Positions 1-8,248 of a stretch of DNA of 32,000 nt are shown piece by piece (position 1 is the stretch's first letter; each line of letters starts with the position of its first letter). The translations under genes and the position numbers were made by a program. Source of the DNA: Planctomycetales bacterium (GTDB lineage Bacteria > 4484-113 > JAFGCY01); NCBI GenBank assembly GCA_022646745.1, contig CP060262.1, positions 3,120,001 to 3,152,000 of the forward strand, read 5' to 3'. The notes under the pieces were generated by a model. That model had not been told where the DNA came from. It saw nothing but the letters and a program-made list of their open reading frames with translations, and did no database searches.

Positions 1-669
1 CCGAATACCGATGCCCTGCTTGAAGCATTTGGCTTCAAGAACATCTCCGCGATGTCACAGTTCACCTGGAAGCGCACTAAGCTGCACAACCGCAGCGTGA
101 TCCTCTGCGGCACAGGCTACACAGGCGAGCGCGGCTTCGAGATCATCGTTGCCAACGAGGATGCGGGCTGGCTGTGGGACGGCCTTATGAAGGTCGGCGA
201 ACAGTTCGGTGTCAAGCCGATCGGGCTTGGTGCCCGTGACACCCTGCGCCTCGAGATGGCTTACAGCCTCTATGGCAATGAGCTGGATGACAACACATCA
301 GCGCTTGAGGCCGGCCTGCCGTTCTACGTGCGCACCGGACCTGAGTTCATCGGGGTGGATGTGCTGCGCAGGCAGGAGCAGGAAGGCGTGACCCGCAAGG
401 TCTGCGGACTGGTGGTGACCGAGGAGAAGCGCAGCGCGGCCCCACGCCATGGCGCACCGGTCTACAGTTCGGAAGGCGAGGACATTGGCGAGGTCACCAG
501 CGGCAGCTTCAGCCCGTCACTTGACAAGGGCATTGCGCTGGCCAGCCTGAAGAAGGGCTACTGGGAACCCGGCATGCATGTGCAGATCGAGATCCGCGGA
601 CGCCGCATGAACGCTGAGATCGTCAACCTGCCGTTCTACCGCAAGCCGAAGAAGAAGTCCAAGTCCTGA
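1..669 (+). CDS. gcvT: Aminomethyltransferase (glycine cleavage T protein), C-terminal part; 5' end lies outside the window
   Basis: Frame 1 is open from nt 1. The GTGYTGERGFEI motif and C-terminal segment (PVYSSEGEDIGEVTSGSFSPSL) are typical of GcvT. Stop TGA at 667-669. Confidence 0.85.
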   Translation, partial: PNTDALLEAFGFKNISAMSQFTWKRTKLHNRSVILCGTGYTGERGFEIIVANEDAGWLWDGLMKVGEQFGVKPIGLGARDTLRLEMAYSLYGNELDDNTSALEAGLPFYVRTGPEFIGVDVLRRQEQEGVTRKVCGLVVTEEKRSAAPRHGAPVYSSEGEDIGEVTSGSFSPSLDKGIALASLKKGYWEPGMHVQIEIRGRRMNAEIVNLPFYRKPKKKSKS

Positions 670-682
670 CTGGCGATCCTGC

Positions 683-2278
683 CTAGTGCAGGAAGTGGCG
701 GTTCGGGGCGAAGATCAGCGGGACCTTGAGCTGGTTGGCCATTGCCACCACTTCGACATCGCGCTTGGAGCCTCCGGGGGCCACCACGCAGCCGAACTTG
801 GCCTTGGCCGCCATCTCGATGCTGTCGGCAAACGGGAAGAAGCCATCGCTGACGAACACAGCTCCCTTGCAGTCCTTGCCGGCATTCTTGATGGCAATTT
901 CCGCCGCATCGACGCGTGACATCTGGCCCAGGCCAGCGCCGATCATCACACCATCCTTGACGACACACAGTGAGTTGCTCTTGAGGTGGCGGATGATACT
1001 CAGGCCGAACAGGATGTCCTCGCGCAGGTCGTCATCCGGCTTGGTCTGGCTGACGAGGTCAAGGTTCTCCCATTTCTCCTCGACGTTGTCATAGTCCTGC
1101 AGCAGTGCGCCGAAGATGTTGATGTTGACCTTCGGGCTCTGCTGGCGAACGCTGCGCACGAGGTCCAGGTCGACCTCCAGCAGCCGCCAGTTCTTCTTCT
1201 GCTTGAGGGTTTCCAGCGCATCCTTCGTGTATGAGGGGGCGATGATCACCTCGAGGAAAGTGCGCTTCAGCTCCTCAGCCAAGGCCTTGTCCACCTCGGA
1301 GTTAAGGCTGACAATCCCGCCGAATGCGCTCTTGGCATCCGCTTCGCGTGCGTTGATGTATGTCTTCACCGCGTTGTCGCCGATGGCGATGCCGCAGGGA
1401 TTGGTGTGCTTGACGACGCAGGCCGCAAAGGGCTTGGAGAAGTTGCCGGCAACCACCGAGACTGCTGCTGCGGCATCGAGGTAGTTGTTGTAGCTCATGT
1501 CCTTGCCCTGGTGCACCTTGAAGGGCAGGGAGGGAATGCCCGTCATGGAATAGCGGGCAGCCTGCTGGTGCGGGTTCTCACCGTAACGCAGCTTCTCGCT
1601 CTTCTTCAAGGTGAGTGTGATGCGGTCCTCGAACATCTCGCTCGGGAGTTCCACCGTCATGTCCTCGCTGGCATCACTCAGGCCGACCGGGGCAGTCTCC
1701 TCAAAGTAGGCGGCAATGGCAGCCTCGTATTCGTATGTCTTCTTGAAGGCATCACGGGCGAGCTTGAGGCGGTATTCCTCGGAGACATCGCCATGGTCCT
1801 TGATGTAGCGGGTTACTTCGCGGTACTGCTCGATGTCAGACACGATCACCACGTTACGGTGGTTCTTGGCAGCGGCGCGCACCATGCTCGGCCCGCCTAT
1901 GTCAATCAGTTCAATCGCCTCGGCGAGCTTGGTGACGCCGGCCTTGACCTTCTCATGGAAGGGGTAGAAGTTGACCACCACCATGTCGAAGGACTTGATG
2001 CCGGCCTTCTTCATGTCCTTTGCGTGGTCCTCGTTATTGGGATCAGCCAGGATGCCACCGAAAACTGCGGGATGGATGGTCTTGACGCGGCCGCCGAGGA
2101 TTTCGGGGGACTTGATGGACTTGGAGAGTTCCTTGACGGGGACATCAGCTTCCTTGATCTTGAGGAAGGTGCCACCGGTCGAGTAGATTTCGTAGCCAAG
2201 CCTGGCGAGGTCACGGGCGAAGGTTGTGACATAGCGCTTGTCAGACACACTGATCAGCGCTCTTTTCTTGCCTGTCAT
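683..2278 (-). CDS. purH: Bifunctional AICAR transformylase / IMP cyclohydrolase
   Basis: 531 aa. N-terminal MGS-like domain (KRALISVSDKR...STGGT) and the C-terminal AICARFT domain match PurH over the full length. ATG start at 2278. Confidence 0.95.
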   Translation of the reverse strand: MTGKKRALISVSDKRYVTTFARDLARLGYEIYSTGGTFLKIKEADVPVKELSKSIKSPEILGGRVKTIHPAVFGGILADPNNEDHAKDMKKAGIKSFDMVVVNFYPFHEKVKAGVTKLAEAIELIDIGGPSMVRAAAKNHRNVVIVSDIEQYREVTRYIKDHGDVSEEYRLKLARDAFKKTYEYEAAIAAYFEETAPVGLSDASEDMTVELPSEMFEDRITLTLKKSEKLRYGENPHQQAARYSMTGIPSLPFKVHQGKDMSYNNYLDAAAAVSVVAGNFSKPFAACVVKHTNPCGIAIGDNAVKTYINAREADAKSAFGGIVSLNSEVDKALAEELKRTFLEVIIAPSYTKDALETLKQKKNWRLLEVDLDLVRSVRQQSPKVNINIFGALLQDYDNVEEKWENLDLVSQTKPDDDLREDILFGLSIIRHLKSNSLCVVKDGVMIGAGLGQMSRVDAAEIAIKNAGKDCKGAVFVSDGFFPFADSIEMAAKAKFGCVVAPGGSKRDVEVVAMANQLKVPLIFAPNRHFLH

Positions 2279-2307
2279 TGACAGCCCCCGGAAAAAATAT
2301 CGCGCAT

Positions 2308-2316
2308 ACTATACCA
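2308..2316 (-). promoter_or_regulatory. Extended -10 element (TGgTATAGT on the minus strand), candidate purH promoter
   Basis: The reverse complement of 2308-2316 reads TGGTATAGT, about 30 nt upstream of the purH ATG. A GGGGG Shine-Dalgarno-like run lies between them. Confidence 0.3.
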
Positions 2317-2376
2317 CGCCCGGCAAGATGGCGCAGATTTCAATATTCACCAACGCAATTCCTGCGGCTAGTTCGC

Positions 2377-2607
2377 CTACTCTTTACGCTGCAGCAGGTG
2401 GATGCGGTTTTCCATTTCATCTCGCACCGCCTGGTAGAAACGACGGCGCAGCCGGCTGTTCAACATTTCATAAATGCCGGATGCCTGGCCACAGGACGGG
2501 CAGTGCAGTTCCTTGCGGTCATTCAGCAGTTTCGCCTGCAGCTCAAAGCCTTCCCGGCAGTCCGGGCAGACTAGGCTGACGAGTTCGGGCATCCTGACGT
2601 GTATCAT
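2377..2607 (-). CDS. Small zinc-ribbon protein (CPDC...CPSC), unknown function
   Basis: The ORF track gives 2377-2649 from a TTG start. An ATG at 2607 has a GGAGG 9 nt upstream and lies 4 nt after the stop of the upstream gene, so it is preferred. The protein has a CxxC-x21-CxxC motif. Confidence 0.55.
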   Translation of the reverse strand: MIHVRMPELVSLVCPDCREGFELQAKLLNDRKELHCPSCGQASGIYEMLNSRLRRRFYQAVRDEMENRIHLLQRKE

Positions 2608-2611
2608 GGAT

Positions 2612-3544
2612 TCAGCCCTCCGGCTTGATATAGGCACTGAAGTGCTCAATCAGGTTCTGCTTCAGCATCTCGATGTTGTCGTATTCCACGATGTCATGCT
2701 GCATGTAGCCAAGCACCGGTGGGGCGGCTGCGCCGGCGCTGTGCAGCAGTGCACTGCGCCTGCCGAGCCCGTAATTTATGCCCAGCAGCATCAGCGAATT
2801 GGTGTCCCATTCGTCAAGGTTGAGCAAGGTGTAGCTGCCCTCCTGGCAGTTCTCGCAGCAGCGGCAGAGCTTCTCATCATCCTCTATCTCTTCATCGATC
2901 CTGTAGGGATTGAGGTTCAGTGACTTCAGCGCCGGCAAAATCGCCTCGGTGTACAGATAGTCATTCTGGTCGGTCTTGCGCAGGATCACCGTCACCTTGC
3001 GAGACTGATAGACCGGGAACTTGCGGCATTTTCCTTCGGGGAAGCGCCAGCAGCGGATCGGTGACAGCGGTGGTGCATCATCGAGCTGCACGCCATAATC
3101 CATGCGGATGTCGCGAGCCAGGTCGGATACCAGTTTGTCATCAATGTTGATGTTGATGCTGGCGGTGGTGGCAGGTTTGGTTATCTCTCCGACGATGGAA
3201 GGGACCGGGCTGCACAGCGAGCATTCCTCACAGGTCTTCAGGCTGTAAAGGCGGATGTTGAGCGCCTTGCAGGCCATGCTGACCACCACGCGGCCTTCAC
3301 CGCGGTATGGCTTCAGCTCAGTTCCAACACTCAGGTAACGGCACTGCGGTTCGGCTACGATGCCCGGAACATCGCAGTTCTGGCAGGTGAGCGGATCCAC
3401 CTCGCTGACGTATGAATCCGTGCTGATCGTGCAGCTGGCCGTGCCATGGCTGACCCGCCTGAATGCACAGCGTGGCGTATTGAGGAAGGTCTCCTCGCGA
3501 AATTCTTCCGGCTTCTGGTCCATGCAATAACAGCATATATGCAA
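2612..3544 (-). CDS. Cysteine-rich hypothetical protein (about 20 Cys, several CxxC pairs) with a C-terminal alpha/beta domain
   Basis: 310-aa ORF with a TTG start at 3544; an alternative ATG is at 3523. Motifs CCYC, CQNC, CEECSLC and CRCCENC are present. I recognise no family. It lies in an operon-like arrangement with the zinc-ribbon gene. Confidence 0.6.
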   Translation of the reverse strand: MHICCYCMDQKPEEFREETFLNTPRCAFRRVSHGTASCTISTDSYVSEVDPLTCQNCDVPGIVAEPQCRYLSVGTELKPYRGEGRVVVSMACKALNIRLYSLKTCEECSLCSPVPSIVGEITKPATTASININIDDKLVSDLARDIRMDYGVQLDDAPPLSPIRCWRFPEGKCRKFPVYQSRKVTVILRKTDQNDYLYTEAILPALKSLNLNPYRIDEEIEDDEKLCRCCENCQEGSYTLLNLDEWDTNSLMLLGINYGLGRRSALLHSAGAAAPPVLGYMQHDIVEYDNIEMLKQNLIEHFSAYIKPEG

Positions 3545-3625
3545 TATGTGGCGAAAGCGTCATTTCATGCCAAAGGCAGGTAGTCCAGCAATGTGTGATC
3601 ACGAGCCGGCCTGGATTCAGGGGCG

Positions 3626-3631
3626 TATAAT
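3626..3631 (+). promoter_or_regulatory. -10 box TATAAT, 6 nt upstream of the TTG start of the GT9 gene
   Basis: Perfect TATAAT followed by ggtcgc and then TTG at 3638. No Shine-Dalgarno sequence. There is no other canonical in-frame start upstream of the conserved N-terminal strand. Confidence 0.4.
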
Positions 3632-3637
3632 GGTCGC

Positions 3638-4684
3638 TTGAAGCAGGAGCAGCAGGTCAGGCGAATCATCATCATCGACTGGTCCATGATCGGGGACCTG
3701 GTTATGCTGAGCCCGGCGGTGGACTGCATTGCCGAGAACTATCCGGATGCGATGATCAGCATCCTCGGCGCACCTGCCAGCATCTCCGTCTATAAGCACC
3801 ATCCCCGTGTCTCTGAGCTGCTGCCGTATGACCGCAGCAAAGGCGACTGGGACATCGGCAACTTCCGTGCTGCAGCCCGCCAACTGGCCGAGCGGAGCTT
3901 TGACCTCGGGTTCATCTTCCATAACAGTCTCGGCTCCGCCCTGATGGCCAAGCTTGGCAAGGTGAAGCGTCGGGTCGGCTACTGCCACGAAATGCGTGAT
4001 GCCCTGCTGACCGACAGGCTGCACGTGAGTGACATACCACAGCACCTGATAGAAACCAAGCTGGACCTGCTCCGGCAGTTCGGCCTGGAACCAAAGTCAA
4101 CCAGTGAGGTAGTTCACATTGACCAGGGCCGGGCCAAGCGCTGGTTGCGCGAGAAGCTTGGCCCCAACCTCGGCCGCAGTCGCCCGATCGTCGGGATCAG
4201 CCTCGGGGCAACCCGCAACTACAAGATGTGGACGGGGCAGGGTATGGAAGCCCTGATAAACAAGTTCCCGGTCAACAGTGTCGACCTGGTCTTCCTCGGC
4301 GCTCCCCATGAACGGGTACTGTTCGAGGGTGTGTACAGCTACAACAACACCGTGGTGGACCTGGTCGGGGAAACCACCATTGAGGAGCTGACCTGGGTGC
4401 TGGACAAGCTTGACCTCTACATCGGTCCGGACAGCGGGCCGATGCACCTGGCCACGGCACGCCAGACCCCGGTTGTCGCACTGTTCGGCGCCACCAACCC
4501 TTCGGTGTGCGGTCCCTACTGCTATGAAAAGGCCCGCATCATCCGCAGCGAGAAGATCTGCAGTGAATGCGACAAGACACAGGGCAAGAATATCAATGCC
4601 TGCCTGCATACAATTGACGCTGCTGAGGTATATGATGCAGCTGTCGAACTACTCGGGAAGTACGCCGCCCACTGGAAGGACTGA
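3638..4684 (+). CDS. Glycosyltransferase family 9 (LPS heptosyltransferase-like)
   Basis: N-terminal RRIIIIDWSMIGDLVMLSP, GPDSGPMHLA and a C-terminal Cys cluster are typical of the RfaF/RfaC family. TTG start. Confidence 0.85.
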   Translation: MKQEQQVRRIIIIDWSMIGDLVMLSPAVDCIAENYPDAMISILGAPASISVYKHHPRVSELLPYDRSKGDWDIGNFRAAARQLAERSFDLGFIFHNSLGSALMAKLGKVKRRVGYCHEMRDALLTDRLHVSDIPQHLIETKLDLLRQFGLEPKSTSEVVHIDQGRAKRWLREKLGPNLGRSRPIVGISLGATRNYKMWTGQGMEALINKFPVNSVDLVFLGAPHERVLFEGVYSYNNTVVDLVGETTIEELTWVLDKLDLYIGPDSGPMHLATARQTPVVALFGATNPSVCGPYCYEKARIIRSEKICSECDKTQGKNINACLHTIDAAEVYDAAVELLGKYAAHWKD

Positions 4685-4723
4685 GCACCTGGCCATCAGG
4701 GATTTGGAATCTCCGTATTAATA

Positions 4724-4729
4724 TATAAT
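4724..4729 (+). promoter_or_regulatory. TATAAT box in the AT-rich spacer upstream of the thioredoxin-like gene
   Basis: Perfect hexamer in ccgtattaatatataattgg. It would give a 5' UTR of about 117 nt. Confidence 0.3.
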
Positions 4730-4852
4730 TGGCGTTATACACCGGGCAATGCGAAACCGATAAGTTAGCGTGCCAGCTGTCGCTGGCAAGGCGGAAGCGA
4801 GATGGGATACCGCCAGAGTCCATTGAGGGATTCACACGAGGTGAGAGTAGGA

Positions 4853-5974
4853 ATGCTTGTCAATCGCACGCTCAACAATCTGTTTGCCTTGGCGCTCACG
4901 CTTGTGCTGCTTGGCGCAACAGGCACAACGCAGGCCGATGCGGCAGGTGGCTGCCGGATAGACATCGGCAGCAAGGCACCCTCCCTGGCAGGAACGGACC
5001 TCAGCGGCAAATACCACAGCCTGGACGATTACCGCGGCAAATGGGTCTACGTCGACTTCTGGGCATCCTGGTGCGGTCCCTGCATGCGGGAGCTGCCTGA
5101 TGTCATCGAACTGAACCGCGAATTCCAGAATTCCAGTGATGTGGCTGTGCTGTCCATCAGCCTTGATGACCAGAGCACGCTCAAGGACCTGGAGAAGGTA
5201 CAGCAGAAGTACATGATCGACTACCCGGTGGTGTTCGAAGGCACTGGCTGGGAAAGCAACAACCGCCAGAGCTGGTGCGTGGATGCGATTCCCGCCACCT
5301 TCCTGATCGACCCGGAAGGCAATGTCGTCTACAACGAGATTCGCGCCAGCCAGGCTATGAGCTTCCTCAAGCGCCAGCAGAGCGCTGTGCAGACCCTGCA
5401 GGACAGGGGAGGGATGGTTACACAGCCTGCCAGTACTGGCGTAGTCAGCAACGGCGGTGCCATGAATCCGCCCAGCACAGGTGTTTACACGCCACACAAG
5501 CGGATCCAGGTCCGGACCGGTGAGACCCTGCAGGAAGGTTCACCTTCCACCGGGCGCGGTAACTACCGCGACTTTGAGGTGATGGTCGACATCCTGGAGA
5601 ACAGCCCGAACGTCAACCGCTACCAGCTCTTCATCAGCACGCTTGTGCAGAAGGACAACGGTGAGTACGACAACATAGACCTGCGCTATGACATTGACGT
5701 GACCAACAACCTGCAGGACCTCTACCACCCTTACAACGTGGAGATCAATGACCGCTCCGCCGAGCTAAACCTGGCCGGTGACGGGTCATCCCTCGTGCCC
5801 GGCGTACAGGTGATGGTGGACCCCTACCAGCGCAAGTACCGCTTCATCATCCCACTGCCGGAACGGATCCTCGACATTCACTACGTGCTCGGACTTTACG
5901 ATGCCAACCTGGGCGAGTACATCCGTAACCAGCCAACCGTGGTCGACCTGAGCACCTTCGGGATTGAATACTGA
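4853..5974 (+). CDS. TlpA/ResA-like thiol-disulfide oxidoreductase with signal peptide, fused to a C-terminal domain of about 200 aa with unknown function
   Basis: WASWCGPC active site. Signal-like MLVNRTLNNLFALALTLVLLGATG follows the ATG at 4853, which has GAGG upstream. The ORF track start at 4802 is also possible. Confidence 0.8.
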   Translation: MLVNRTLNNLFALALTLVLLGATGTTQADAAGGCRIDIGSKAPSLAGTDLSGKYHSLDDYRGKWVYVDFWASWCGPCMRELPDVIELNREFQNSSDVAVLSISLDDQSTLKDLEKVQQKYMIDYPVVFEGTGWESNNRQSWCVDAIPATFLIDPEGNVVYNEIRASQAMSFLKRQQSAVQTLQDRGGMVTQPASTGVVSNGGAMNPPSTGVYTPHKRIQVRTGETLQEGSPSTGRGNYRDFEVMVDILENSPNVNRYQLFISTLVQKDNGEYDNIDLRYDIDVTNNLQDLYHPYNVEINDRSAELNLAGDGSSLVPGVQVMVDPYQRKYRFIIPLPERILDIHYVLGLYDANLGEYIRNQPTVVDLSTFGIEY

Positions 5975-6620
5975 GCTGAAATCGGACTGGACCGGCTCTA
6001 GCCGGCTGTGGCTCGTGCTTGACCACGAAGCCTGTGCACCACGCGATCCAGTGACTGTCTGCAAGCAGGCAATCCGTGGTGGCGTGGATGCAGTGCTATG
6101 CCGGTTGCGAAACATAGACGACAGCGCAAAACTGGATATCGCCCTGAAAGCACGCAAGGTTTGTGGAATTGGCAATGTCCCCTTTGTCGTCAGCCATGAC
6201 AGCGAGCTGGCCCGGCAGACCAATGCGGATGGGATCCAGTTCGGCAAGGCTGATGCCAACATGCAGCAACTGTCCCAGCTGGCAGGGGAGGGCATCCCCT
6301 GGGGTTACAGCTCCCACGCTATCGATGAAGCGCAGGAAGCAATTGCTGCAGGAGCCAGCTGGGTATTCCTGGGCCCGGTATTTGTGACGCCGGAAAAACT
6401 CAAGTATGGTGATCCACTCGGACTTGATACAGCCAGAGAAGCCGTGCAGAACCTGGATGAAAGTCGGATAGTCTTCATCGGCGGTATCAACCAGGCGAAC
6501 CTGGCAGGTCTGGTAGAGTCAGGTGCAAGACGCATTGCAGTGATATCCGCAATCCAGCGAGATGACGAACCGATGCTGGCAGCGCAGGAGCTGCGCTTGC
6601 TGCTATCCAAAGAGGGTTAG
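5964..6620 (+). CDS. thiE: Thiamine-phosphate synthase-like (ThiE/TenI family)
   Basis: Pattern LWLVLD...GGVDAV..R.....ADGIQFG..D....GYSSH...EA..A...GASWVFLGPVF.T..K...FIGGI...N......GA..IAVISAI. TTG start overlaps the upstream gene by 11 nt, so the start is uncertain. Confidence 0.7.
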   Translation: MNTELKSDWTGSSRLWLVLDHEACAPRDPVTVCKQAIRGGVDAVLCRLRNIDDSAKLDIALKARKVCGIGNVPFVVSHDSELARQTNADGIQFGKADANMQQLSQLAGEGIPWGYSSHAIDEAQEAIAAGASWVFLGPVFVTPEKLKYGDPLGLDTAREAVQNLDESRIVFIGGINQANLAGLVESGARRIAVISAIQRDDEPMLAAQELRLLLSKEG

Positions 6621-6637
6621 CGGAGCGGGCCTGGCTA

Positions 6638-7471
6638 CTAGTTGCTGCGAGTGAGGATCGGAGTGAAGCCGGCTGCCTTGAGCTTATCCACCCAGACCCG
6701 TGCTTCCTCGCTCTTGTTGGTCTGGGTGACCTTGATCAGGAAGTATGGACTCTGCTCGATGATTGTTCCCTTGTATCCATACTCAGCCAGCTTGCTCACG
6801 ACATCTTTTGCGGCGGTCTGTGAGGAGACCTCAGCAGCGTATACATGGTAAACGGCATTGCTGATCACCGGTACCGGGTCCTCAGCCGGCTTTTCCTGCT
6901 TGGGAGGATCCTGCTTCGGAGTGTCATCTGCCTTCGTATCCCCAGTGGAGACGCTGGTACTTTCCGTGGATGGCTCACGACTCTCAGCAGCAGCTGTATC
7001 GCTTTCAGCTGGCGGGTTTCCCTTGCGGTTGGGGTCGCCGGCTTCAAGGCTGACTGTGACAAGCGGGAAGCTTTCGCTGTAATCAATGTCGGAAATGTCC
7101 GTGTTGAGCTGGCTTAGTTCCTGCGGGTCAGTGGTCCCGGCACTGGTGGCCAGTGCTTCCTCCATGTTGGAGGCGTCAGACTCGGCTTCTTCCTGCAGGT
7201 CACCGATGCCGGCATCCTGGCGGTTGGCGATTGCCTCACTGATGCGGTTCTCAGTCTGCAGCTCATTGAGCTCGTTGGCCTGGTCCTTGTTCACCGTCGG
7301 TTTGCCCTTGTTCTTCAGGGAGACACCGACAGTCTTGTAAAGGAAACTGCCCACGAACACGCCTGCCACGATCATCAGGCACAGGGCCGCGATGCGCCAG
7401 ACGTTGGTGTACATCCGGTCGCGTTGTTTCTTGCGAATGTAATAATCAGGCAGATAACCGTTGTCGTCCAT
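6638..7471 (-). CDS. Membrane-anchored SPOR-domain protein (peptidoglycan binding)
   Basis: N-terminal TM segment (WRIAALCLMIVAGVFVGSFLY), an acidic low-complexity linker, and a C-terminal SPOR-like segment (VYHVYAAEVSSQTAAKDVVSKLAEYGYKGTII...KAAGF). The ATG is preceded by GGAG. Confidence 0.8.
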   Translation of the reverse strand: MDDNGYLPDYYIRKKQRDRMYTNVWRIAALCLMIVAGVFVGSFLYKTVGVSLKNKGKPTVNKDQANELNELQTENRISEAIANRQDAGIGDLQEEAESDASNMEEALATSAGTTDPQELSQLNTDISDIDYSESFPLVTVSLEAGDPNRKGNPPAESDTAAAESREPSTESTSVSTGDTKADDTPKQDPPKQEKPAEDPVPVISNAVYHVYAAEVSSQTAAKDVVSKLAEYGYKGTIIEQSPYFLIKVTQTNKSEEARVWVDKLKAAGFTPILTRSN

Positions 7472-7749
7472 CCGAGACTCCAGAATCGCTTAAGCGTTGA
7501 TCCTGACTGCGCGCGCGAATATTAGCACAAACGAGGGAAGCTGTCAGATTGTTCAATAACTGCACATAAGATATATTATGTTGAATAGATGCATATGGAC
7601 TGATGCGATCATATTCCATGGATATTCCTGTCAAGTGTATGTCCCCCCATCAAACTCCTCAAAGAGCTGCTTTGGAGATCCATTGGAGTTCTTCTTTCCT
7701 CCAAATGAAGTCAATGTATCTGGTGCCGCTGAAACCAAAATGCCTGCGG

Positions 7750-7758
7750 TGCTATACT
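7750..7758 (+). promoter_or_regulatory. Extended -10 (TGcTATACT), candidate tatA promoter
   Basis: TGCTATACT lies about 30 nt upstream of the tatA ATG. Confidence 0.3.
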
Positions 7759-7789
7759 TACTGCCGTGTTTGAACCAGCACTAAGCCTG

Positions 7790-7972
7790 ATGTGGGTGCC
7801 CGGTGGCCAGGAATTGATCATCATCCTGATCGTGGTCCTGATCCTGTTCGGTGGCACCAAGCTTCCACAACTGATGCGTGGCATGGGAACCGGCATCAAG
7901 GAGTTCAAGCAGGCCATCAAGGATGATGATGACAAGCAGGCGGATGATAAGCCTGAGAATGACAAGAAGTAA
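7790..7972 (+). CDS. tatA: Twin-arginine translocase subunit TatA/E
   Basis: MWVPGGQELIIILIVVLILFGGTKLPQLMRGMGTGIKEFKQAIKDDDD is a typical TatA TM segment plus amphipathic helix. The start at ATG 7790 is preferred over the ORF-track start at 7766. Confidence 0.85.
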   Translation: MWVPGGQELIIILIVVLILFGGTKLPQLMRGMGTGIKEFKQAIKDDDDKQADDKPENDKK

Positions 7973-8091
7973 TTCGTTTTTTCCAGTCATCGTTTAGCCA
8001 GTAAACACCTACGCCTACCTGGAACATTCCCACAGGCTGGCATGCAAACCCGCCGCCTGGCAAAATGCCGTGAGGAATTTCCCAAAAGGCA

Positions 8092-8119
8092 TTGACACCT
8101 TCTGAGGTTCTGTTATAAT
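8092..8119 (+). promoter_or_regulatory. Consensus sigma70-type promoter: TTGACA, 16-nt spacer, TATAAT
   Basis: TTGACA at 8092-8097 and TATAAT at 8114-8119. The predicted +1 (about 8125-8126) coincides with the 5' end of 5S helix I. Confidence 0.7.
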
Positions 8120-8123
8120 AGCG

Positions 8124-8241
8124 GTCTGGTGTCAATAGCGTGAGGGTCACACCCGGTCCCATCCCGAACCCGGAAGTTAAGCCTCACAGCGCCGATGATA
8201 CTGCGGGGGCGACCCCGTGGGAAAGTAGGACGATGCCAGAT
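8124..8241 (+). rRNA. rrf: 5S ribosomal RNA, stand-alone gene
   Basis: Contains the conserved segments CCCAUCCCGAACCCGGAAGUUAAGCC, AGCGCCGAUGAUACU and GGGAAAGUAGGACGAUGCCAGA. Terminal helix pairs 8125-8133 with 8232-8240. Length is about 117 nt. Confidence 0.93.
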
Positions 8242-8248
8242 TTTTTTT
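8241..8248 (+). terminator. T8 tract immediately after the 5S 3' end
   Basis: Eight consecutive T begin at the base after helix I. There is no separate hairpin, so the structured 5S 3' half may act as the stem. Confidence 0.4.

Noticed and set aside
4730-4852. Possible TPP riboswitch upstream of the tlpA-like/thiE pair (segments gcgaga and gggataccgccagag...gaggga look faintly like CUGAGA and GGAUAAUGCCAGCG..AGGGA).
   Set aside because: The spacing is wrong: there is no P3 stem between the two elements, and the ACCUGAUCUGG core is absent. I keep it only as an unassigned structured leader.
4729-5100. 123-aa ORF overlapping the 5' end of the thioredoxin-like gene in another frame.
   Set aside because: It is out of frame with a CDS that carries a clear WCGPC thioredoxin motif and a signal peptide, and it has no independent signals.
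7446-7784. ORFs 7446-7634 (minus) and 7578-7784 (plus) in the SPOR-tatA spacer.
   Set aside because: They have no Shine-Dalgarno or leaderless promoter geometry. The composition is atypical and AT-rich, and the translated sequences are Cys/Pro/Phe-rich with no recognisable features. The region is more likely regulatory DNA.
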